Part shown: piece by piece, positions 8,174 to 15,322 of the stretch | Layout of the letters: every line of letters starts with the position of its first letter | Position numbering within the stretch: position 1 is the stretch's first letter | Virus genome (UHGV): UHGV-0065625 | DNA length: 17,531 nucleotides | Direction: 5' to 3' (one strand) | Source of the DNA: a virus | Program-made: the position numbers and the translations under genes | Notes under the pieces: model-generated | Database searches by the model: none | What the model was told of the DNA's origin: nothing | The model's input: only the letters and a program-made list of their open reading frames with translations

Positions 8174-8602
8174 ATGTCTGATTACTTAAAAGGTAAACGT
8201 GTCGTTGATCCGGTACTGACCAGTATCGCCCGAGGCTATAAAAATGCCGCATTCATTGGCGAACGTATTTTCCCCGTCGTGCTGACGGACAAGGAAGGCG
8301 TGCGTGTGCCGACCTTCGGGAAAACCGCCTTTGTGGAATATGACACTGAGCGTGCCGTCGGGGCGGACAGCAATGTTCTGGTCCGTGAGAAAACCGGCAC
8401 GCTTGATCTGGTGCTGGGTGAGCACGATCTGGCTGCGCCGGTGGACTATCGCGAGCAGGCGGAGTCCATGTTTAACGAGGAGAGCAAGGCCATCCGTCGC
8501 GCCACGAATGGCGTGAATCTGCGCCGTGAACTTATCGCCGCCCGTCTGGCTCAGGATGAAAAGGTCTACCGTACGCGAGAAGCTGCCTCAGCTGCAGGTT
8601 GA
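8174..8602 (+). pseudogene. Putative major head subunit, N-terminal 142 codons only (frame break or deletion)
   Basis: Strongest ribosome-binding site in the window (AAGGAG, 5-nt spacing to ATG 8174), directly after the scaffold gene where the major capsid gene is expected. The ORF is far too short for a capsid protein and overlaps the next ORF in another frame. Confidence 0.4.
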
Positions 8603-8996
8603 GTACTTCCCGGAAAAGCCGTCCGAATACCGCCTCAATCATTCTGTCGGGGCGTTGCTGCTGAGCTATGCAGGATCGCGTTTCGACAGGCCGGATGATA
8701 CCGGTGCGGTGATCCAGCCTCAGACTATCCAGCTCTGCGTCACGGTGGTCTTCCGACAGCTCAACGGTAAAAAAGGGGCGATTAATGTCCTGGATGCTGT
8801 CCGCCGCATTCTTGGTGGCTACACCCCGCCCGGGTGCCGCCGCCGTATCTGGCTGACCCGCGAGGTGTTTATCGGTGAAGTCAGGGGGCTGTGGCAGTAC
8901 GCCCTCGACTTCGCGACTGAAAGCGTCTTTATCGAAGACAGCGATTTACCGTCCGGCCCGCTGTTAACTGAAGTGAACTATGAGGAAAGCGAGTGA
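8526..8996 (+). CDS. Structural protein, possibly head-tail joining (Mu gp37-like); 5' end uncertain (GTG 8526 or ATG 8556)
   Basis: Frame-3 ORF overlapping the upstream ORF by 77 bp. Contains ...EYFPEKPSEYRLNHSVGALLLSYAGSRFD..., which resembles my recollection of small Mu-like virion proteins. Unverified. Confidence 0.35.
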   Translation: MNLSPPVWLRMKRSTVREKLPQLQVEYFPEKPSEYRLNHSVGALLLSYAGSRFDRPDDTGAVIQPQTIQLCVTVVFRQLNGKKGAINVLDAVRRILGGYTPPGCRRRIWLTREVFIGEVRGLWQYALDFATESVFIEDSDLPSGPLLTEVNYEESE

Positions 8997-9247
8997 TGAA
9001 AGAATACCGCTATTCCGGCCCGGCCAGCGGCGTCACGCTGTCGGACGGAACCGAAATCCTGCTCTGGCCGGGGAAGACTGTTTCCCTGCCGGAGGAGCAT
9101 GACTACGTGAAGGTACTGGTGGCGCTGAAGCATCTGACGCCGGTATCTGAAGAAATTAAACCCGCCGGCACACCGGCTGTGCAGTCACCAAAGCGCAGGA
9201 ACGGCGGTGACAGCGAGGTGAAAACGGAGGACGCCCATGTCAGCTAA
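8993..9247 (+). CDS. Small hypothetical virion-associated protein (Mu gp38-like position)
   Basis: 84-codon ORF between the head-joining-like gene and the sheath gene. The likely start is ATG 8996, preceded by AGGAAAG. Confidence 0.5.
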   Translation: MMKEYRYSGPASGVTLSDGTEILLWPGKTVSLPEEHDYVKVLVALKHLTPVSEEIKPAGTPAVQSPKRRNGGDSEVKTEDAHVS

Positions 9248-10664
9248 CTATCTGCATGGTCCGGAAACCATTGAAGTGGAAAACGGTGCCCGCCCGGTTA
9301 AAACGGTGAAATCTGCCGTTATTGGCCTGATTGGTACCGCACCAATGGGGGATGTCAATACGCTGGTACAGTGCCTGTCTGAGAAAGACGCTGCGGCATT
9401 TGGCAGCCAGTTCACCGGCTTTACCATTCCACAGGCGCTGGATGCGATTTATGACCATGGTGCAGGCACCGTTCTGGTCATTAACGTACTCGATCCGTCT
9501 GTGCATAAAACCGCTGTGGTCAGTGAGAATGTGTCGTTCGACAAGGCGACAGGCAGAGCCCGGCTGGCTAATCCGGTGGTCGCGCAGCTGGTACTGAAAC
9601 CGGACAGCGACGGTCAGCCTTATGTTGAAGGTCAGGACTACTCGCTTGATGCACAGACCGGGGTGATTACTAACCTGGGTAAAAGCATTGCTGCAGATGC
9701 AACGGTGAAGGCCAGCTATAACTATGCTGATCCGACCAAAGTCACCCCGGCTGATATCATCGGTACCGTTAACGCTGCAGGCAACCGTACCGGCATGAAG
9801 CTGCTTAACGACAGTTTTAACCTGTTTGGCTACTTCGCCAAAATCCTGATTGCTCCGGTATTCTGCACCCAGAACAGCGTCTCGGTTGAGCTTATCGCCA
9901 TGGCTGAGAAACTGGGAGCAGTAACCTATATTGATGCGCCGGTTGGTACCACTTTTGCGCAGGCTCTGGCGGGACGAGGCCCGGAAGGCACCATTAACTT
10001 TAATACCAGCTCTGACCGTGTCCGCCTGTGCTACCCGCATGTGAAGGTATATGACCCGGTGACGAACACGGAACGTCTGGAGCCACTGAGCCAGCGTGCG
10101 GCGGGCCTGCGTGCCAAAGTCGACCTGGACAAAGGGTACTGGTGGTCATCCTCAAATCAGGAAATTCTGGGGATCACCGGCGTGGAGCGCCAGCTGTCGG
10201 CAATGATTGACGATCCGCAGAGCGAGGTGAACCTGCTTAACGAACAGGGGATCACCACGGTATTCAGCAGTTACGGCAGCGGCCTTCGTCTGTGGGGTAA
10301 CCGGACGGCAGCATGGCCAACGGTCACCCATATGCGTAACTTTGAGAACGTTCGCCGCACCGGTGATGTGATCAATGAGTCCATTCGTTACTTCAGCCAG
10401 CAGTACATCGACATGCCGATTACTCAGGCGCTGATTGATGCACTGACGGAGTCGGTCAACGCCTACGGTCGCAAAATGACTGGTGATGGCGCGGTACTGG
10501 GCTTCCGTTGCTGGTTTGATCCGGCCCGCAATCCGGAAACGGAGCTGGCCGCCGGGCACCTGTTGCTGAGCTACAAATATACGCCACCACCGCCGCTGGA
10601 GCGACTGACGTTTGAGACTGAGATCACCTCGGAATACCTGTTAACCCTGAAAGGGGGCAACTGA
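9237..10664 (+). CDS. Contractile tail sheath protein
   Basis: 475-codon ORF with GGAGGA ribosome-binding site, immediately followed (1-nt overlap) by a 173-codon tube-sized gene. This sheath/tube pairing and size are typical of Mu-like and P2-like myophage tails. Confidence 0.8.
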   Translation: MSANYLHGPETIEVENGARPVKTVKSAVIGLIGTAPMGDVNTLVQCLSEKDAAAFGSQFTGFTIPQALDAIYDHGAGTVLVINVLDPSVHKTAVVSENVSFDKATGRARLANPVVAQLVLKPDSDGQPYVEGQDYSLDAQTGVITNLGKSIAADATVKASYNYADPTKVTPADIIGTVNAAGNRTGMKLLNDSFNLFGYFAKILIAPVFCTQNSVSVELIAMAEKLGAVTYIDAPVGTTFAQALAGRGPEGTINFNTSSDRVRLCYPHVKVYDPVTNTERLEPLSQRAAGLRAKVDLDKGYWWSSSNQEILGITGVERQLSAMIDDPQSEVNLLNEQGITTVFSSYGSGLRLWGNRTAAWPTVTHMRNFENVRRTGDVINESIRYFSQQYIDMPITQALIDALTESVNAYGRKMTGDGAVLGFRCWFDPARNPETELAAGHLLLSYKYTPPPPLERLTFETEITSEYLLTLKGGN

Positions 10665-11185
10665 TGTCAAAGATTGAGATAAACCGAATCACGAATGCCA
10701 ACATCTATCTGGATGGTACTAACCTGCTGGGACGGGCTGAGGAGGTTAAACTCCCCGATGTCTCCATGATTATGCAGGAACACAAGGCACTGGGGATGGT
10801 GGGTAAGGTGGAACTCCCGGCTGGTTTTGACAAACTGGAAGGCGAAATCAAATGGAACAGCTTTTACCGCGATGCGATGCTGTCTGCCGCGAACCCGTAC
10901 AAGTCGCTGGCGCTGCAGTGTCGCTCCAGCGTCCAGCGCTACAGCTCGCAGGGGCTGATCGACGAAATCCCGCTGGTCACCTTCCTGACAATTATGTTCA
11001 AGAAGAACCCGCTGGGGACGTTTAAACAGCACGAGAACGCCGAGTTCTCCAGTAGCTTCACCTGCACGTATATCAGACAGGTACTGGATGGTGAAGAGTT
11101 GCTGCAACTGGACTATCTGGCCAACATCTTCCGCGTCGGTGGCGTTGATCAACTGACTGACTATCGGATCAATATCGGGGGCTGA
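10664..11185 (+). CDS. Tail tube protein
   Basis: 173 codons; start overlaps the sheath stop (TGATG). Size and position match tube proteins. Confidence 0.75.
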   Translation: MSKIEINRITNANIYLDGTNLLGRAEEVKLPDVSMIMQEHKALGMVGKVELPAGFDKLEGEIKWNSFYRDAMLSAANPYKSLALQCRSSVQRYSSQGLIDEIPLVTFLTIMFKKNPLGTFKQHENAEFSSSFTCTYIRQVLDGEELLQLDYLANIFRVGGVDQLTDYRINIGG

Positions 11186-11187
11186 CG

Positions 11188-11469
11188 GTGAGTGTTGAAC
11201 TGACTGACAAAGGAGGGCGATGTGCGTCACTGGGCATGTCAAATGGTACGTGGTTTACCCTCCTTGATATTCCGGGGGTGGAAACCCTTTTTAATACCCG
11301 TAAAACCAATGACCCGATTGACTGCACACGTTCAAAGGCCCGCAAACTGGCCGATTTGATTGAAGCATGGGAGCCGCCCGACCACTGGTTCTCCGGCATC
11401 GGCAAATCTGAGGGAAAGGCGCTTCTCATCGCTTTCCTGCGTAACTGCAAGGGTTTTCGCACTTGCTGA
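11188..11469 (+). CDS. Hypothetical 93-codon protein between tube and chaperone genes; possible moron
   Basis: ORF from GTG 11188 (GGGGG 7 nt upstream), Cys- and Trp-containing. Followed by a hairpin plus T-rich tract. No equivalent gene is expected at this position in Mu. Confidence 0.35.
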   Translation: MSVELTDKGGRCASLGMSNGTWFTLLDIPGVETLFNTRKTNDPIDCTRSKARKLADLIEAWEPPDHWFSGIGKSEGKALLIAFLRNCKGFRTC

Positions 11470-11475
11470 CATCAC

Positions 11476-11500
11476 AGGGGCTCCGGCCCCTTCTTCTTAA
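11476..11500 (+). terminator. Candidate rho-independent terminator after the 93-codon ORF
   Basis: AGGGGC-tccg-GCCCCT stem-loop (11476-11491) followed by TCTTCTTAATCTCCTTT. Confidence 0.45.
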
Positions 11501-11566
11501 TCTCCTTTAATATCCGTCACGTCCACCGCCAGACATACTGCTCTGAATTTACAAAGGAGTATGATC

Positions 11567-11902
11567 ATGTCACAGACCCAGTCCGATACTTTTACGCTGT
11601 CTTATCCTTTCACCACTGCTGCAGGTACCAGAATTGAACAGATTGAACTGAAACGCCTGACAGTAAAAGACCTGAAGCAGGTGCGCAAAATCAACAAAGA
11701 CCCGGCAGACTGGGACGAACCACTGATTGCCCGTAGCACCGGTATCCTCCCGGAAGACCTCGATAACATGGATCTTGCCGACTATATGGAGCTGCAGAAA
11801 CGATTTCAGAAAATCACTGGGCTGGGCAAGAGCGACAAAAACACTGATGCAGGCGCAGGGCCTGCTGGCGAGATGGTTCAGGTTTCAGCCGGGGGAGATT
11901 GA
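11567..11902 (+). CDS. Tail assembly chaperone (short, unshifted product)
   Basis: Small acidic ORF between the tube and tape-measure genes. Start set at ATG 11567 (AAAGGAG 7 nt upstream) rather than ATG 11561, which has only 1-nt spacing. Ends at TGA 11900-11902 immediately after a G5 run. Confidence 0.6.
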   Translation: MSQTQSDTFTLSYPFTTAAGTRIEQIELKRLTVKDLKQVRKINKDPADWDEPLIARSTGILPEDLDNMDLADYMELQKRFQKITGLGKSDKNTDAGAGPAGEMVQVSAGGD

Positions 11903-11984
11903 TGCCCTCGATACTGACGATCTGGAGATGTGGCTGGAGCAGGCTGAAGAGCAAATCAAAAGCGAGTTCGGCGACAATCAGTAA
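11567..11984 (+). CDS. Tail assembly chaperone, frameshift-extended fusion product (predicted +1 or -2 slip at GGGGG 11891-11895)
   Basis: The +1 frame is open across the G5 run and encodes a protein-like acidic tail EIDALDTDDLEMWLEQAEEQIKSEFGDNQ ending at TAA 11982-11984. The upstream part of that frame (track ORF 11727..) reads as out-of-frame junk. A conserved frameshift in chaperone genes upstream of the tape-measure gene is established. Confidence 0.4.
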
Positions 11985-11997
11985 CAACGTATCACTT

Positions 11998-12020
11998 AAC
12001 AGCCGCCAGTCGCGGCTGTT
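11998..12020 (+). other. Perfect 9-bp-stem hairpin (AACAGCCGC-cagtc-GCGGCTGTT) between chaperone and tape-measure genes
   Basis: Exact inverted repeat read from sequence; no adjacent U-tract, but a T7 run lies about 30 nt downstream. Confidence 0.4.
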
Positions 12021-12076
12021 CTGCATGGGGTTCAGACACTTCCCTTCCGTTTTTTTGCTTTCAGAGGATAGCCACC

Positions 12077-12583
12077 GTGGCCAGTGAATTTTCAGTCGGC
12101 GTCATTATTGGCGGCATTGTCGGGAGCAGCTTCCGCTCAGCCGTCAGTGGCACCCGACGCGCCCTTGATTCCCTTGGTGATACCTCCCGCCGTCTGCAGG
12201 AACGCCAGAATGCCTTAACCCGGGCAACAGAACGTTATGGTCAACTGGGTTCTTCCCGGATGCAGCATCTCAACAGCGAGTTGCTGCGGGTAAGCCGCAC
12301 CATGGAGCAAATTGAACGTCAGCAGCGCCGTCTGTCAGCAGTATCAGCCACCGGTGATGCGTTGAAGGCTAACCGCCTGGCGCTCTATGGTCAGGGTGCA
12401 GAAACCTATGCTATTGGCAGAACGCTGGGCGCACCGGTCATGGCCTCGGTTAAACAATATGCCTCGTTTGAATCACAGTTGCGGGATATCAGTGTCACAG
12501 GAGACCTGGATGCAAAACAGGAACGTGCAATTGGCCTGGCTATCAGACAGGCCTCGCTGAAGGTTACGGTACATTCTCAATAG
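12077..12583 (+). pseudogene. Tail tape-measure protein, N-terminal fragment (168 codons)
   Basis: N-terminus MASEFSVGVIIGGIVGSSFRSAVSG... and the ...YASFESQLRDISVTGDLD... segment resemble tape-measure N-termini. Far too short for a functional ruler protein; terminates 8-10 codons after the apparent junction with hub-like sequence. Confidence 0.55.
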
Positions 12584-13437
12584 ACGAGATCGAAGTGAGT
12601 TCGCCCGCGTCCGTTGTCGCTATCCGTGGGGTGGCCACCTCGGTTAACAGTGCTCTGCGGACTAAATCCAGCCGTGGTTTTGAGAACACCACGCTGGCAG
12701 CTGTTGCGGGTCGGATTGCCAGAAAGCACCGGCTGAAACTGGTGGGCAGCATTGAGTCCATCAGAATCGACCGGGTGACCCAGTATGCTGAAACCGACGT
12801 GGGTTTTCTGCGCCGGCTGGCCAGCGAGTATGGTTATGCAGTGAAAGTGGTCAGTGACCAGTTGATTTTTTCTCATCTGGCCACATTGCGCAGTCAGGAG
12901 CCGGTCAGGCAGTTAAAACCGCAGGATGTGGCCCACTTTTCCCTGCGTGACACCATCAACCGGGTCTATAAATCTGCAAAGGTAAAACACCAGAAAAGCA
13001 GCAGTAAAAAACTGATCGTCTACGAAGCTGATGGTGGTACCCGTGAAAGCGACAAAAAGCTCAAAGGCGGTAAGGTTACCAGCGCTGACTCACTTAAAGT
13101 TAACAGCCGCGTCAGCGACCCGGACAGTGCTCGGATTAAAGCGGATTCAGCACTGGCCAGACATAACGAATACCAGCAGAACGGCTCCCTGACGCTGACG
13201 GGAACGCCTCAACTGACAGCAGGCAACAAAATTGAACTGGTGGGCTTTGGACAATTATCCGGTCCATGGCTGATAATCACTGCCCGCCATGCGTTTGAGC
13301 GTAACAGCGGCTACACCACAGAGCTGGAAGTGGCACGGGGGCCAGTCACAAGAGGGAAAAAACAAAAAACTCAGAAACTCACGGTTTATCACCCGGATGG
13401 CAGTACATCGACGGTGATTAAGGAGAAGAAAAAATGA
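12472..13437 (+). pseudogene. Baseplate hub / late control D-like protein (P2 gpD, Mu gp44-like), 5'-truncated
   Basis: Frame open from 12472 with no start until GTG 12595. Recognisable hub-family similarity begins at ...EGYGTFSIDEIEVS... (about 12559) and continues (TTLAAVAGRIARKHRL, FLRRLASEYGYAVKV). The N-terminal ~75 residues expected for this family are missing. Confidence 0.55.
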
Positions 13438-13946
13438 CTGGTGTCACCCGCCAGGTCGGTACGGTCAGTGCCGTTGATGCCGACAGGGTTCAGGCCCGCG
13501 TTCGTCTGCCTGAATGCGATAATCTGCGCACAAACTGGCTTAACGTGCTGCAGCGCAATACCCAGGATAACAAGGATTACTGGCTCCCTGACGTGGGGGA
13601 GCAGGTTGAGGTGCTGCTCGATGCCAACGGCGAGGATGGTGTTATTCTGGGCGCGGTGTACTCAGACGTCGATAAACCGCCGTTCGGTGATAAAAACGTC
13701 CGGGGCACGAAGTACGCTGATGGCGCGGAGTTCAGTTATGACCGCGCGACCCATACGCTGACGGTCAAAGGAGGTATCGAGCATGTGGTGATCGAGGTTG
13801 CAGTGGGTATTAGTCTGAAAGGGAAAACCATTGATTTGACAGCTGACACTATCATGGTGAACGGCAATCTTGAAATCAAAGGGAGTACCCATGCGACTGG
13901 TAACATATTTGCAGATGGACAGAATTCCAATCATCACTCTCACTAA
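13434..13946 (+). CDS. Baseplate spike / assembly protein V-like
   Basis: 170-codon ORF overlapping the hub stop (ATGA), in the position of the spike gene. C-terminus ends in the His-rich NSNHHSH. Confidence 0.7.
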   Translation: MTGVTRQVGTVSAVDADRVQARVRLPECDNLRTNWLNVLQRNTQDNKDYWLPDVGEQVEVLLDANGEDGVILGAVYSDVDKPPFGDKNVRGTKYADGAEFSYDRATHTLTVKGGIEHVVIEVAVGISLKGKTIDLTADTIMVNGNLEIKGSTHATGNIFADGQNSNHHSH

Positions 13947-13985
13947 TTTTTCAAGTATGTGACTCCATTTCCTCTCCCGCGGATA

Positions 13986-13994
13986 TGATAGAAT
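13986..13994 (+). promoter_or_regulatory. Extended -10 promoter element TGaTAGAAT upstream of the island ORF
   Basis: TG-n-TAGAAT at 13986-13994 followed by an AT-rich tract; no good -35. A GGCGGGGA ribosome-binding site lies 5-6 nt before ATG 14028. Confidence 0.3.
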
Positions 13995-14027
13995 TTTTTA
14001 ATTAACACTAATTTGGCGGGGACTTAA

Positions 14028-14903
14028 ATGCGGTTATCAAGATCCTTATGTAAAGTAGTTGGCGATGTCATTGCTAACTCAGGCTCTCATGCAGCTTTAG
14101 ATACGTTATTTCTTACTTCGGGAGCACCAGGAAACCCTCCGGCAGGATCTCATAGTACAAAATGGAAAGACTGGTTATTTCTTGCAGGGCAAGATCCAGA
14201 TACAGATAGTCTGGCAGTTCTGGGCGGAGTAATTGAGGAGTTTATGGATTTACCTCCAAAAGAAGGTACTCCCGAATATGCAGAATGGAAGGAAAAACGA
14301 GACAGAATTGAAGCTGTGTTACAAGAGAATGGACTTAGATATTATCGTTTTGGTCGAGTGTTGCCTGAAGGCCACATCCCGTCACACAATATGGATTACC
14401 CAGAGACCATAATTACTTATCAACAGCCAGTAATGCCAGAAAAAGTTGAGAACTTACTGGAAAGGCTGGTCAAAGGCTTACAGCGAGCAATGCATCCACT
14501 TACTCATAGGCGAAAAGGAAGCCAGTCATTATCTTTTAGCAATGAATATGACGTGCAAGACCTTCTCCATGCATTGCTCAGACCATGGGTTCAGGACATC
14601 CGCCCAGAAGAGTTTACTCCAAGTTATGCTGGTTCAAGTACTCGAATGGATTTTTTGTTACCTGCGCATAAATTAGTACTGGAAACCAAAATTGTTCGTG
14701 ATCGTTCTCATGCAAAGAAAATCGGCGATGAACTTATTATCGATATAGAGCATTATCGTCGGCACTCTGATTGCAAAAATCTCTGGTGTGTCATCTACGA
14801 TCCGAACCAGCTTATTACTAATTCTGAGGGGCTGAAATCTGATCTTGAGGGGAAGAGAGTTTCTAAAGACGGAGAACTTATCGTCAAGGTTTTCGTAATT
14901 TAA
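14028..14903 (+). CDS. Cargo protein with C-terminal PD-(D/E)xK nuclease-like domain and N-terminal domain of unknown function; candidate defence/abortive-infection effector
   Basis: 291 codons. Motif read from translation: acidic helix NEYDVQDLLHAL (E173/D175), then RMD208FLLP, then LVLE219-T-K221 with 10-residue D-to-E spacing. No Walker motif in the N-terminal ~165 residues. Nuclease assignment is motif-based inference. Confidence 0.6.
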   Translation: MRLSRSLCKVVGDVIANSGSHAALDTLFLTSGAPGNPPAGSHSTKWKDWLFLAGQDPDTDSLAVLGGVIEEFMDLPPKEGTPEYAEWKEKRDRIEAVLQENGLRYYRFGRVLPEGHIPSHNMDYPETIITYQQPVMPEKVENLLERLVKGLQRAMHPLTHRRKGSQSLSFSNEYDVQDLLHALLRPWVQDIRPEEFTPSYAGSSTRMDFLLPAHKLVLETKIVRDRSHAKKIGDELIIDIEHYRRHSDCKNLWCVIYDPNQLITNSEGLKSDLEGKRVSKDGELIVKVFVI

Positions 14904-14957
14904 CAAACGTATCAATAACTCCTTTTTAAATCCCTTTAATATCGTTCTTTTCTTACT

Positions 14958-14973
14958 GGGGCAATACTGCCCC
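14958..14973 (+). other. GC-rich hairpin (GGGGCA-atac-TGCCCC) ending 1 nt before the W start codon
   Basis: Exact 6-bp inverted repeat with 4-nt loop. It occupies the position where a Shine-Dalgarno sequence for W would be expected; no U-tract follows. Confidence 0.35.
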
Positions 14974-14974
14974 C

Positions 14975-15322
14975 ATGAAAACGACCTCAGTATTCTGGCA
15001 ACCGGCTCTGCAGGCTCCCGGCGAAATCGTCCGGGGGCTGGATGATATCCAGCAGTCCATCCAGATCATCCTGCGGACTCCCCGCGGCAGCGACCCGCAT
15101 CGCCCAGAGTTCGGCAGCAATCTGCACCTTTATATCGACTGGCCTGTCGACCGGGCCATTCCGCATGTGGTTCGCGAATCCGTCGATGCCATCAGGCGCT
15201 GGGAACCCCGCTGCCAGCTTATGTCGGTTAAACCCGCCGTCGACGGCGAACATCTTACGCTCCGGGTGAGCTGGAAAGGCTCAGACGGACAACCCCGTAC
15301 TCAGGAACTGCTATGGCGCTGA
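14975..15322 (+). CDS. Baseplate wedge protein W (GPW/gp25 lysozyme-like family)
   Basis: 115 codons containing ...IILRTPRGSDPHRPEFGSNL..., matching the family pattern as I recall it. Followed by an overlapping J-like gene. Confidence 0.75.
   Translation: MKTTSVFWQPALQAPGEIVRGLDDIQQSIQIILRTPRGSDPHRPEFGSNLHLYIDWPVDRAIPHVVRESVDAIRRWEPRCQLMSVKPAVDGEHLTLRVSWKGSDGQPRTQELLWR

Larger units (their letters stand above)
13947..14974 (+). other. Low-GC cargo island (moron) inserted between baseplate genes V and W
   Basis: Abrupt drop in G+C by eye and a switch to A/T-ending codons (tta, aaa, gat, att) relative to both flanks. Contains its own promoter-like element and a single ORF. Confidence 0.7.

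Noticed and set aside
11727-11984. Independent 85-codon gene starting at ATG 11727
   Set aside because: The N-terminal two-thirds of this frame (Trp/Cys/Arg-rich, overlapping the chaperone ORF) looks like out-of-frame sequence. Only the part after the G5 run looks protein-like, so it is better explained as the frameshift extension of the chaperone.
13441-13761. 106-codon alternative-frame ORF inside the spike (V) gene, and similar internal alt-frame ORFs (e.g. 2234..2557, 3088..3348, 4149..4418, 5851..6114, 7762..7989, 15042..15269, 15872..16072, 17135..17401)
   Set aside because: All are nested in stronger same-strand genes, are Arg/Cys/Trp-rich as expected for off-frame translation of GC-rich DNA, and lack start-site signals.
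13941-14014. 9-bp direct repeat CACTAATTT (13941-13949 and 14006-14014) as a possible target-site duplication of the island
   Set aside because: Both copies lie on the left side of the island and none at the right boundary, so they do not flank the insert. Short AT-rich repeats of this length occur by chance.
14673-14915. 80-codon minus-strand ORF antisense to the 3' end of the island gene, with an AAGGAG-like sequence near its TTG start
   Set aside because: Non-ATG start with only about 3-nt spacing from the SD-like sequence, and complete overlap with the nuclease-motif-bearing frame. I judge it a chance ORF, though an antisense antitoxin-like element cannot be fully excluded without expression data.
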